DNA of 64,000 nucleotides, taken from assembly GCA_013265495.1 (NCBI GenBank), contig MU058103.1:248001-312000 (forward strand), in the 5' to 3' direction. Of the stretch, positions 48,061 to 59,680 are shown piece by piece. Source of the DNA: Vicugna vicugna. Its lineage: Eukaryota. The notes under the pieces are model-generated. The model had not been told where the DNA came from. It saw only the letters and a program-made list of their open reading frames with translations, and searched no databases. The stretch's first letter is position 1. Every line of letters starts with the position of its first letter. The position numbers and the translations under genes are program-made.

Positions 48061-51000
48061 AACAAGGATTTTAATATGAGCAGAAAGAAAAATCAAGCAC
48101 AATGTTTCTTTGAATAATCACAGTCCCAAAAACGTATAAACTGGGGGAGATGGCAAGAGCAGTGGGTGAAGTATTAGGAGAAATGAGCTCTGGTTCCAGT
48201 TCAGACAATGCCTTGTTCAAATGATTCAACTCTTCTGCAACATGTTTTCTTAAGTTTAATGTTGAGATTGGACAAGTAATCGTCTGTATTTCCTTCCATC
48301 CCGAAGGTTCTTTCTTTGGTTTGCTTACCTTTTCTCCTTTCATCTAAGTTATTGAGGCTAACTTATACTGAAGACTTGCTTTACAAAAGTCTTCTGAGGA
48401 TTCTCTGTCCAACTGAACTCATTAACTCTTTTTAAGATGACACAGTATATCTCTATAGAACCATATGCTGTCATACTTGATGACTCCAGCCTGTATGATT
48501 GCCCTACATCAGGAAGTGACTCACTGAGGCCTCCCACAGTCTCTCGTCTGCTGGTCTCACCATCACAAACGCTATTAGGTGGAATCTGAAATGAACACAT
48601 ACACTGTTCTAAAGAAGCAGAGTGGATGTCATCTTACATGAAGAAGGAGGTGACAAATTAAAGGTTATTTATAATGTGACACTCTTTACACTTCAGGAAA
48701 CTGTCATACAGTAATCCTATTATGACACAGTACTTAGAATGAAATTTTGTTTGTTTTATTTTGCACACTTATTGAAGCCTATCTGCATCTAGACTCATTG
48801 ACATCTATCCTAACACTGGAAAGAAAGCAAAGCAGGTAATACACTCCTCCTTTTGTATCAAAAAAACAGAGATATGGTGGTTAATGCGTTGATCAGGGCT
48901 CTACAAGTAGTTAACATCAAATTCTTGCCTAAAACTTTTGCTTGTCTAGTAGTATTTTTATTTACTTTATCATGTTATACATTGATTTAGAATATTTTAT
49001 ATGACTTATTGAGTCAGGTTTCTAGTCCCTGGATAACATGACTGAGTAAAAGAAAATGATTTCTTTCAAGCACTGAGATGACAAGCAGCTTACAGCTCAG
49101 TTCTGTGTCATTTATAACGGGTGGGGATATTAGGAGGACTTAGTACTTTTAACGTTATAAAAACAGTGCTGAGAAATCCCAGTGTAACTTCCATGTAGAC
49201 AACAGAGTTTCTTCATGAAATGCGAGAACGATTAGGACATTCCATTAAAACAGACCCCCTGAAGGATTCCTATTGACTCCACTACATCATAGCTTTAAAA
49301 ATCCACTAATACAGGGCTCCACTCTTATTCAACATGACTCTTTTTCAAACTTCTTCACTCTCTGCCCGACTCGGAGTGAATTAACTTTTTAGAAAATGTT
49401 GTGGAGATGGAAACTTCTTTCCAAGACATAGCATCAATGATATTATCTGTCACTACTTGCATTTTCATTTTAATAGCGATACTTCCCTCACAGGCCAATT
49501 GTATCCTATATAAAACCGCCATAGTGATTGATAGGAGTATGTCAGTAATAACTTCTAAGTTCTTTTCACTTAGTTTTTTTTATCTATCACGGTGAATAAT
49601 TAATTATAATCTAAGCATATGCTTCTGAAACCATAAGAAATATTCTTAACATTTACTATTTTACTATCTTATTATAAAAGCCAGCATAAAATTTTTGAAT
49701 TCCTATGGATTTTAAAGCTCATTGAGAACTATAAACTGACTTACAAAAATAGGTTATTATCCGATAGTGGTTTGTCCCTAATATACCTCTTTATGATATA
49801 CACCTAGGCCTTAAGAAATAAAGTATGTTTGTAGTGTTTTGTGATGAACTTTGTTTTGAAAACATAGCTTTCCCGTTGTCTGTGTCTTGACCCTCTGTAT
49901 TTTCCTTTCAACCATAAAGAGCTTAAGGCTGTAATCTGCAAGTACATCTTGATGGACTAGGACAGAGAAAGTGTCTAAGTATGAACTAGAATGGAAACTC
50001 TTCTACTTTAAATGCTCCTGTAACCCTTCTACTGTAATTCTTTATAGAATTTCTAAATTTTATTTGCAATAGATTTTTATAAAGACAGTTCTTAGAAGCC
50101 TTCAGCTTTAAGATTTCCCCTTTGATTTTAGAAGCCTGTGAACCCTGTTGAGTTTCTCATATTCTTGGACTGACCGTTTTGTTTCCTACGCCTTACACCT
50201 GGGACTCTTAGGGCAGCGATAACATAGTTCAAAACACAAAGGATTAAACTGCGATTCAGCCTCAGTTAACCATAGCTATTAAGAACAGCCTATAGTAGTT
50301 TGATAATGGATAAGAAACAGCTAACCAAAGCAGGAATCAAGTAGCCAGATCACAGTTCAGAATAGGAAGATGAAGGTAGTATAGATTGAGTTTTGAATAC
50401 ATCCCCAATAAAGGGTAAGGATATATATTTTGACAGAAGTCGTAAGTACCCTATTTTGGTCAATTCTTATCTGTCTCAGTAACACCTGTCTCCCCTCCCC
50501 ACAGCACCTACCACCTCATTTCCATCTCCATCAGAAATATCTAATATCTCCAAACCACCAGCATCATGCCTACTAAATTACTGAGTTAATCTGGACAATT
50601 GGTAGGAAGAGTGATCATAACAAGAGGGTGAATGTAATCAGTAGGTAATCATATTCACCAGCACCTACTTGCTTTGATATAGACAGTTAATGTTTTCTCA
50701 GTTTTAAAGTGCTGTATAAATATTTCAAACCCACTGTCACCATCATACCTTCATGAAAGATCATTAATCCTAAACTTCCATGATGCCTGAGACATTTTTC
50801 AAGGCTTGTCATTTTTCTGCCTACACTGATGATCCAAATAATTTGCTTTTCTGCTACCCTCTATCATGTTGAGGTTAGTATCTTACCTTCTACTGTCCAT
50901 TTAGTTCCTTGGATTGATGATCAACTTCCAACTTTTTGCCTACATCTGGATTTGTTTCTCCTTCAGAAAATGACTTCTAATGTTTGTCCTTGGCTGCATG

Positions 51001-52497
51001 ATCAGTTAATACAGGAAAGAGTTTGCATGAATATGAATTCATCCCAGTCCTGTAACCTACATGTCCAAGCTTGTCCACAGAGGAACTCAGAAAGCTTCCC
51101 ATTCCAATGTGAAATTATGTTGTTAATCTCATTGTATCTTTTTTATGGTGATTATTTGCTTTCACTTTATTTTTATAATGATACATGGAAAGAAATTTAA
51201 AAAGAAACTTTTAATAGCAAAAAGGGTGTAGTATATTTTGCTTTCTAGTCATTTGCATATCATATTTTCCAGAATATCCCTGTTGGCAATATTTTGATCC
51301 ACTTATAATTTTTCATTCATCCAAGTCTTTTATTTACTCGTTTTCATAATATGACTAGTTTTTATCAATTGTAAAATGTCTAGTACATAGCCAGAAAGCA
51401 AAGAAGAAATACTCATTAATTGACTTTAGATTTAGTATCTGCCAGAGGTATCATATGGGTAAAGTGTCCTTCCATAGCCCGTCACTTTCAGAAAAGGTCT
51501 CTCGTATCTATACTTAGATACGGCTTTGATTCTAATCAGCAGATTCTATTATAGGGCCTTTAAGTTAAAAAAAAAAAAGTGAGAGAAGGAAAAAAAAATG
51601 CTGATGAAGGCCATAAAAACAAATGAGGCTTATTGCCTCTTGACATCTTTAGCACTTTCTGGGGCTTCCTGAGTGAGCAGCAGTGGCGGACAATAGCTTA
51701 AAGATTGTGTGTAAGATAATGAGAAAAATAAATGCACCCTCAGATGCAGCCAACAGGAACTGCTGTTAACATTCATTATCCAGGGTCTTGAGTGCTCCCA
51801 AGATGATGTTATTAATTTGCAGAATGAGCTAAGAGGTGTGAAAGAAAGCTGATGTTTGCTTATAACCTTCTTGACCATCACTTTCAATATTAACCAAGGA
51901 GGTCAAATGTATTTTTACTTTGATACTGTATTTTTATTTTTATGGTAGTGATGCCAGCAGGCAGCATTGTGTCAGCATATACCCTTATAACCATTGGAGA
52001 AAAAGGAATGAAAAATATACATGGATATATATTTGTGTCCAACTTCAGCCAGCAATTCTAGCCCATTTTCAATGTACAATTTCTTTATAGCTTTTATAGG
52101 CTCTAACATTCCCCTCATTTTCCAGTCCTTCAGTTAACTATATAGAGTACATACTTTTTATTTCAAGAAACTTATGAAGTTTTAATTGTGCTGATTGACA
52201 CAGAGGACTGACTATGTCATTCAAAATCTTACAAAAAACAAATGAAAATCTGAAACAGAAAACAAAAACTCTTTTATCTTGTTACTTCTCTAGATCTTGA
52301 CTCATCTTTAAATCTCCAAAATCTATCCTTTCTAGTCTGTGCCACATATCTTATACCCCATAAGTATTTAAATAAAACACTATTTACCTTATTAAACCTC
52401 TTTTTGACATAATGCGAAATAATTGAAATTTCAGACATCTCTAGTTAACCCCATTTGCATTGCTTGAATTGCTTATAATGCACTTTAGATATCAGAT

Positions 52498-54714
52498 ATG
52501 GAATACGGCAATCCTACCAGAAGGCAGTTAATCCCACTTATGTGGGTAAAACAGAATGACGAGGATGAACTGTTGATTTCAAAAAGCTTTTCTCATGACC
52601 AAGTGGGGTTCATCCCAGGGACACAAGGCTGGTTCAACATACACAAATCAATCAATGTAATACATCACATCAACAAGAGAAAGGACAAAAACCACATGAT
52701 CATCTCAATCGATGCAGAAAAAGCATTTGATAAAATTCAACACCCATTTATGATAAAAACTCTCGCCAAAGTGGGTATAGAGGGAACATATCTCAACATA
52801 ATAAAAGCTATATATGACAAACCTATAGCCAGCATAGTTCTCAATGGTGAAAAACTCAAAAGCTTCCCACTAAAATCTGGGACAAGACAAGGATGCCCAC
52901 TATCACCACTCCTATTCAATATAGTCCTGGAAGTCCTAGCCACAGCAATCAGGCAAGAGAAAGAAATAAAAGGGATCCAAATTGGAAAAGAAGAGGTAAA
53001 AGTGTCATTATATGCTGACGACATGTTACTATATATAGAAAACCCTAAAAGGTCCACAAAAAAGCTACTAGAGCTGATCGAAGAATTCAGCAAGGTAGCA
53101 GGTTACAAAATTAATGTTCAAAAATCAGTTGCCTTTCTTTACACTAACGATAAATCAACAGAAAAAGAAAGTAAAGAAACAATCCCCTTTAAAATAGCAC
53201 CCAAAGTAATAAAATATCTGGGAATAAATCTAACCAAGGAGGTGAAAGAATTATACACAGAAAACTATAAACCATTGATGAAGGAAATTAAAGAAGACTT
53301 TAAAAAATGGAAAGATATTCCATGCTCTTGGATTGGAAGAATCAATATTGTTAAAATGGTCACACTGCCCAAGGCAATCTACAGATTTAATGCAATCCCT
53401 ATCCAATTACCCAGGACATATTTCACAGAACTAGAACAAATCATAATAAAATTTATATGGAACCATCAAAGACCTAGAATTGCTAAAGCATTACTGAAGA
53501 GAAAGAAAGAGGCTGGAGGAATAACTCTCCCAGACTTCAGACAATACTATAGAGCTACAGTCATCAAGACAGCATGGTATTGGTACCAAAACAGACATAT
53601 AGACCAATGGAACAGAATAGAGAGCCCAGAAATGAACCCACAAACTTTTGGTCAACTCATCTTCGACAAAGGAGGCAAGAATATACAATGGAATAAAGAC
53701 AGTCTCTTCAGCAAATGGTGTTGGGAAAACTGGACAGCAGCATGTAAAACAATGAAGCTAGAACACACCCTTACACCATATACAAAAATCAACTCAAAAT
53801 GGATTAAAGACTTAAACATAAGACAAGATACAATAAACCTCCTAGAGGAAAACATAGGCAAAACATTATCTGACATACATTTCAAAAATTTTCTCCTAGA
53901 AGAAATAAAAGCAAGAATAAACAAATGGGACCTAATGAAACTTACAAGCTTCTGCAGAGCAAAGGAAACCAGAAATAAAACAAGAAGAAAACCTACGGAA
54001 TGGGAGAAAATTTTTGCAAGTGAAACCGACAAAGGCTTGATCTCCAAAATATATAAGCAGCTCATACGACTCAATAAGAAAAAAATAAACAACCCAATCC
54101 AAAAATGGGCAGAAGACCTAAACAAGCAATTCTCCAAGGAAGACATACAAATGATCAAAAAGCACATGAAAAAATGTTCAATATCACTAATTATCAGAGA
54201 AATGCAAATCAAAACTACAATGAGGTATCACCTCACACCAGTCAGAATGGCCGTCATTCAAAAATCCAAAAATGACAAATGCTGGAGAGGCTGTGGAGAA
54301 AGGGGAACCCTCCTACACTGCTGGTGGGAATGCAGTTTGGTGCAGCCACTATGGAAAACAGTGTGGAGATTCCTCAAAAGACTAGGAATAGACTTACCAT
54401 ATGACCCAGGAATCCCACTCCTGGGCTTGTACCCAGAAGGAAATCTACTTCAGGATGACACCTGCACCCCAATGTTCATAGCAGCACTATTTACAATAGC
54501 CAAAACATGGAAACAGCCTAAATGTCCATCAACAGGTGACTGGATAAAGAAGATGTGGTATATTTATACAATGGAATACTACTCAGCCATAAAAACCGAC
54601 AACATAATGCCATTTGCAGCAACATGGATGCTCCTAGAGAATGTCATTCTAAGTGAAGTAAGCCAGAAAGAGAAAGAAAAATACCATATGAGATCGCTCA
54701 TATGTGGAATCTAA
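52498..54714 (+). CDS. LINE-1 ORF2p fragment (RT palm/thumb through CCHC C-terminus, 706 aa) with a 32-aa N-terminus from flanking DNA; expression unproven
   Basis: [48 protein letters not shown] (53011-53022), [25 protein letters not shown]. No stop or frameshift. Confidence 0.9.
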   Translation: MEYGNPTRRQLIPLMWVKQNDEDELLISKSFSHDQVGFIPGTQGWFNIHKSINVIHHINKRKDKNHMIISIDAEKAFDKIQHPFMIKTLAKVGIEGTYLNIIKAIYDKPIASIVLNGEKLKSFPLKSGTRQGCPLSPLLFNIVLEVLATAIRQEKEIKGIQIGKEEVKVSLYADDMLLYIENPKRSTKKLLELIEEFSKVAGYKINVQKSVAFLYTNDKSTEKESKETIPFKIAPKVIKYLGINLTKEVKELYTENYKPLMKEIKEDFKKWKDIPCSWIGRINIVKMVTLPKAIYRFNAIPIQLPRTYFTELEQIIIKFIWNHQRPRIAKALLKRKKEAGGITLPDFRQYYRATVIKTAWYWYQNRHIDQWNRIESPEMNPQTFGQLIFDKGGKNIQWNKDSLFSKWCWENWTAACKTMKLEHTLTPYTKINSKWIKDLNIRQDTINLLEENIGKTLSDIHFKNFLLEEIKARINKWDLMKLTSFCRAKETRNKTRRKPTEWEKIFASETDKGLISKIYKQLIRLNKKKINNPIQKWAEDLNKQFSKEDIQMIKKHMKKCSISLIIREMQIKTTMRYHLTPVRMAVIQKSKNDKCWRGCGERGTLLHCWWECSLVQPLWKTVWRFLKRLGIDLPYDPGIPLLGLYPEGNLLQDDTCTPMFIAALFTIAKTWKQPKCPSTGDWIKKMWYIYTMEYYSAIKTDNIMPFAATWMLLENVILSEVSQKEKEKYHMRSLICGI

Positions 54715-55038
54715 AAAACAAAAACAAACAAACAAACAAAAACAAAGCATAAATACAGGACAGAAATAGACTCATGGACAGAGAATACAGACTTGTGGTT
54801 ACCGGGGGGGTAGAGGGTGGGAAGGGATAGACTGGGATTTCAAAATTGTAGAATAGATAAACAAGATTACACTGTATAGCACAGGGAAATATACACAAAA
54901 TGTTATGATAAATCACAGAGAAAAAAATGTGACAATGAGTGTGTATATGTCCATGAATGACTGAAAAATTGTGCTGAACACTGGAATTTGACACAACACT
55001 GTAAAATGATTATAATCAATAAAAAATGTAAAAAAAAA
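52594..55038 (+). mobile_element. Young 5'-truncated L1 with perfect TSD
   Basis: TSD aaaaagcttttct at 52581-52593 and 55039-55051. Target ttTC/AAAAA fits the L1 endonuclease consensus. AATAAA at 55018-55023, followed by an A tail. Confidence 0.98.
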
Positions 55039-55044
55039 AAAAAG

Positions 55045-55495
55045 CTTTTCTGGAAGTGTAGTCTAGGGACCACAGGAGGTCTCCAAGATCTTTTCAGGAG
55101 ATCCATGGGCTTCAAAACTATTTTCTTAGTAATACTAAGTTAGTATTTGCCACTTCCATTTTTGTTCTCTTGTGATTGACAGTGAAAGTTTTCCAGGGGC
55201 TATATGACATGTGATATTGCAAAAGATTTAATATGGAAGCAGTTATGAGAATTCAGCTGTCATTTTTGAAGCTATCTATTAAAGAAACTTGCAAAAATGT
55301 AAACAAGTGGCACTCATCACATTAAATTTTTTTGAAATATAAAGTTATTTTTATAAAATATGTTCATATAAACATGTAATTATTTTAATTATTTAAAATC
55401 ATTAATTTATACATTTTTAGGTTTTAATTTATAAAATGGATATATCAGTAAATATAAACCAAAACTCTTTGGGATTCTCAATGAAGTTGTAAATA
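55045..55495 (+). mobile_element. Charlie4a-like hAT DNA transposon
   Basis: gtgtagtctagggaccac...cttttcagg...tcaaaactatttt...ttttccaggggctatatgacatgtgatattgcaa...gaagcagttatgagaattcagctgtc; homologous to 25940-26405. Confidence 0.8.
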
Positions 55496-56884
55496 TTTTG
55501 GCTAAAAAAAGATCAAATGGAAGAAATCTTGACCTGATATTGATAAGACAATAAACTTTCATATGACCAAGTTCTGTCTTGAAGACAGAGATATAGCAGT
55601 TCTTGATTATAGCCTGTGAAGCTGCACACTTTTATATTTTCACAAGCTTAAAAGTTTTTGACTAAGAAATACATATTTGTAAACAAAGTATATAATAATA
55701 ATGTTTCCCTCAGAAATTTTATATATAACACAATATTAGCCATAGACTTAAAAACTGAAATCCTGATCAAATATTTGGTCTCATTTCCATACAATATTTT
55801 AACACATTTTATGGCATCATGGAGAAAAGATAGCACTTCACTTTCTACTACTTTTTGCCACAAGAAGAGAGAAAAGAGAAATCAATTAATCCAGTTGTAT
55901 TTAATATCATATGGACTACTAACTGAATTAAAGTATCAGATTGAAGATCTGTTGCTATCAAGTTTTGAAACCTTGGGCAAATCCATTGATATTTCTGAGC
56001 TCAATTTCCACGATAGGAATTATTATTCCTAATCTTCTCTTCCACTTAAGTAACTGCTATATTGTTCAAATGATAAATGTGAAGGTTTCACATATAAAAT
56101 ATTATTTTGAGTGATAGGAATAATAATAGTGATATTCTAACAAATTAAAAAGAAACCCCCTTGAGTTCTTATCCTAGTAAAGTGAAAAATGCAGTATGAA
56201 TTTCTAAACCTTTATTCCAGTCTTGGAATTGGTACCTAGAAATGATATAAAATGAACTGAGCTGTAATGATTAGGTGCAATAAAAAATCCAGTATGTTCT
56301 TAGGTGTCTTCTGTTTGCAAGTTAAACATCATCCCTCCCATGATTGATTATGAAATTATTTTTCTCAATGAAAGTCATTGCATTCATTGAACAAAATTAA
56401 ATAATGCTTGGTGGAATTGCTTTCCTTGGTTCTGTTGACATTGTTGACATCGTTCAAACAAAATGAATGACTGTGACCTAAAAGTAAGAATATTCTCAGG
56501 GTTACCCCAGTAAATTTATATTAAAGTAGCTATAGAGCAAAATTAATCTGAATACTCATTAAGTAACAGAATAGGGAATTAGAAAAACAAATGTGGCCAA
56601 AAAGTTTGCTAAAAACTCAAGGTGACTAGAATTTAACTGTTGATTTCTAACTTTATTCAGTTGATTTCTTTGGTATGTGGCTATTTTAAAAGTTTTATAT
56701 TAAAATTTTTATTCTAAATTTAAGGGTGGAAAAACCTTCTGGGCGATTAGATTTTTTTGAGTATTTAGGTAAGTGAAAACTGCATCAGTTACCCATTTAA
56801 CAAAAAATGACAAATCCTTCTGTAAACATTTTTTGAGTTCCTATATTATTCTAGGAGCACTCTTTACCTTTGTATCTAGGTGAA

Positions 56885-57190
56885 TTTTTTTTTTAATTGA
56901 AGTACAATGTGTCAGCTGCTGGTGCACAGCACAATGACCCAGTCATGCACATATATACTTGTGTTCATTTTCATATTCTTTTTCACTAAAGGTTATTAGA
57001 AGACACTGAATACAGCTCTCTGTGCTATACAGAAGAAATTCGTTCCCTATCTATCCTTATATAGAGTGGTTAAAATTTGCACATCTCAAACTCCTAAATC
57101 TACCCCTTCCCACCACCCACCCTGGTAACCATAAGACTATTTAACTATGTTTGTGAGTCTGTTTCTTTTGTAGATGAGTTAATTCGTGTC
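56885..57190 (-). mobile_element. L1 3'UTR fragment
   Basis: ttttttaattgaagtaca...ggtgcacagcacaatg...ctgtgctatacag...cctggtaaccataag...tgtgagtctgtttcttttgtagatgagtt. Confidence 0.88.
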
Positions 57191-57207
57191 TGTCTTTCTT
57201 TCTTTTT

Positions 57208-57243
<36 letters not shown>

Positions 57244-57317
57244 TTTTTTCTTTCTTTCTTTTTTTTTTCTTTCTTCTTTCTTTCTTTCTTTCTTTCTTCT
57301 TTCTTTCTCTTTCTTTC

Positions 57318-57351
<34 letters not shown>

Positions 57352-57352
57352 G

Positions 57353-57383
<31 letters not shown>

Positions 57384-57415
57384 TTTTTTTCTTCCTTCCT
57401 TCCTTCCTTCCTTCT
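57191..57415 (+). repeat. Imperfect (TTTC)n/(TTCC)n microsatellite
   Basis: About 225 bp pyrimidine tract of TTTC units ending in TTCC units. Confidence 0.97.
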
Positions 57416-57594
57416 TTAGCATTCTATTTCTCCCACTAGAATGTGAGTTCTGTGAAGGCAATAATCATTGCCTTTTTTTTCCCTATTGTTGTATCCTAAG
57501 CTCCTAAAATACAGCACAGAATAAGGAGGATCATCCTAGGGAAGGAATCTGGAGATTCCTGATACCATGATTATAAATGATGATGATGATTATG

Positions 57595-57965
57595 GAAGCT
57601 GCTATTTTCTAACTTTTTATTAAGTTTCAGGGATTATGCTAAGCACTTTATATGCATTGCTTCATTTAACCTTCACAAAAGTTAAAGAGAGAGACCAAGA
57701 GAAAACTTGCCCAGGAGATAGGTGAATAAAGGGCTTCAGTAAGGAGGAAGGGATCAACTGTATCAAATGCTCTGATAGGTGAAATAAATTAAAGACTGAG
57801 GAATGGATTTGGCACCTTGAAGTTAGGGAATTAGATCTCAGCTTTATAAATTAAGAAACTGGAGCTTACAAACATTAAATAGCATCCCAGATAGGTAGGA
57901 ATAGAATAGGACCATTTCTATTCCAGAAATAGTCTGGAAAGTCAACACTCTTCAGTCCGAAGCCT
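57595..57965 (-). mobile_element. MIR SINE interrupted by an L2-like segment (~57685-57820)
   Basis: The MIR halves tgctaagcactttatatgcattgcttcatttaaccttcacaa and tttataaattaagaaactgg flank gatcaactgtatcaaatgctctgataggt...aagactgag...atggatttggca (L2 internal). Confidence 0.55.
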
Positions 57966-59399
57966 AAGCTTGTCAAAACTCATCTTCAACTAATATATTA
58001 TCTCCCAGCCTAGGATCATTGTGATACAACGAAAAGTTCTGTTTGTTCTGGAATTTGCATGGCTTTGGTTTCCAAGTTCAGCTCTACCACTTGCGAGATA
58101 GAGATATGAATATACGATGACCTTTCAAACAACAATCCAGATTAGATACCATTTTCTCTGTGTCACAGATGAACAAAGAGAGACTTAGAAATATCAAACA
58201 ACATATTTTATCTTCTATAGCTAGTAGATAGTTGAACTGTATTAAAATCCAAATGAGATCAACTCTCAAACCTTATGTATCTCAAACTTTGTATTACTGT
58301 CATTAGAGGAGAGTGTGAGAATTACAGGACTCAAACTACTAGTCCAGGAAGAAAATTTGCTCTACAGATACCAGGATCCTGAATATTTGGTCTGTTTATT
58401 CATTTATTCTATCTGTTTGTCATCTAAAGACATTTGAATTTGGAATCCCTGGATGTGGTGGTCTCTAAGGAGCCTTCTGGTACTAGAGTATCCCAGTGTT
58501 CTATGTCAGGGATACACACCCTTGGTTCACAAAGGAGGGATCTGAGTTTTATCTAAGAAAAGAGTGAGACAGAACCAAGGTGTAAGTCTGAGATTTGTGC
58601 CTCATTATCTGGGTCTGTCCCCAAGAAGGAAGACTTCATGATGAAATAACCCTCACTTTCCCATTTCCTTCATAATTCTTCATTCAATTAAAATCTCCAA
58701 GATATGCCTGGAGCTTTTCTAAATCTCTCTCAAATTGACCAAAGCATTATATTCACTGGAACATTGCCCTAAAACCTCACACCAAACTGCTTGGTTCATT
58801 ATGTGCAGCAGAGGATATAATTTATCCGTTTGGTTTTAACTGAGATTTGCAAATGCTCATTGGAATCATGGTTTTCCAAGGGGCAGCCTTAAGTGTTAAA
58901 AGTACATTGCACAGAATTGTTACTTTCTGCATTTTTGCCAGGTAGAGAAACAGGCAAAAGATAATTTCCCTAGTCTAAGCCTTCTGTTCCATTTTACAAG
59001 TAGATTCCTAGGGTCAAGAAAAACAGAACTGACTCCCACAGACAATAATGGAACATATGGGCACAAATCTTTCTGAGTGGACATGATTACAGAGTATCCT
59101 CTTATGGACAGATGCCAGAACTATGTTCACTTTTGCTATTACATTTTCACTAGGTTGAATTCTTGACAATGGTTGAGTTCAGATAGACTGTGAGATCCTG
59201 CAAGAAAAGAATTAAAATCCAGGTATTTTATTTCACTTTATTCCATTCTCCCTCTCTTTCTTTCTCTCTGTCTCCGTAGAAATCAAAACAAGGCACCATT
59301 TATTATTTATTTACTTTTGAATCAACTCTTAATTGAATTCCAATAAAGTCTATGGCCTGGGATTCTATAAAGAAGTTTCAAGATGGTGTTTCTTTCCAG

Positions 59400-59680
59400 G
59401 GAATGATTAAAACAACACTGTCATTAATATAATGCAGGCAAATTCTACTCAAAATATATGCTATTTAGCATGCTATTTATACTCGTAGAGAGACCCCAGG
59501 CAAATCAGTTCCCAGTTGCTTGCAGCAATAATGTACACTTTGATTGATTTTCCTTCATTCCTTCTTTCATTCTGTCAGTCCCCCATTCCTGTTCTTGAAG
59601 ATATTTTCCAAATTAAACACTTAGATAAGAAGCATAGTCTTAAGTAAGCTCTACTTTTTCAAACCATCAAGGCTAAGTCA
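59400..59680 (+). mobile_element. LTR16-like ERVL LTR fragment
   Basis: agagaccccaggcaaatcagttcccagttgcttgcagcaataat...ctttgattgattttccttc...ttccaaattaaac...ggctaagtca resembles the LTR16 3' half. Confidence 0.5.

Noticed and set aside
49493..49550. CCAAT + TATATAAAA + Inr-like core promoter
   Set aside because: CCAAT is too close to the TATA, Inr spacing is marginal, and there is no CpG island or downstream gene structure
51675..51695. CTCF-like motif gagcagcagtggcgg (also gccaccagggcta near 10040)
   Set aside because: Core spacing or 3' half does not fit the CTCF consensus
53011..53022. YADD instead of human FADD as a novelty
   Set aside because: Y/F-x-DD variation is ordinary among reverse transcriptases and L1 lineages
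52737..54212. Antisense ORFs of 118, 65 and 186 aa within the young L1
   Set aside because: Routine shadow frames on the T-rich antisense strand of ORF2
57141..57461. Lys/Arg/Glu-rich and Phe/Leu/Ser-rich ORFs
   Set aside because: Translations of the (TTTC)n microsatellite
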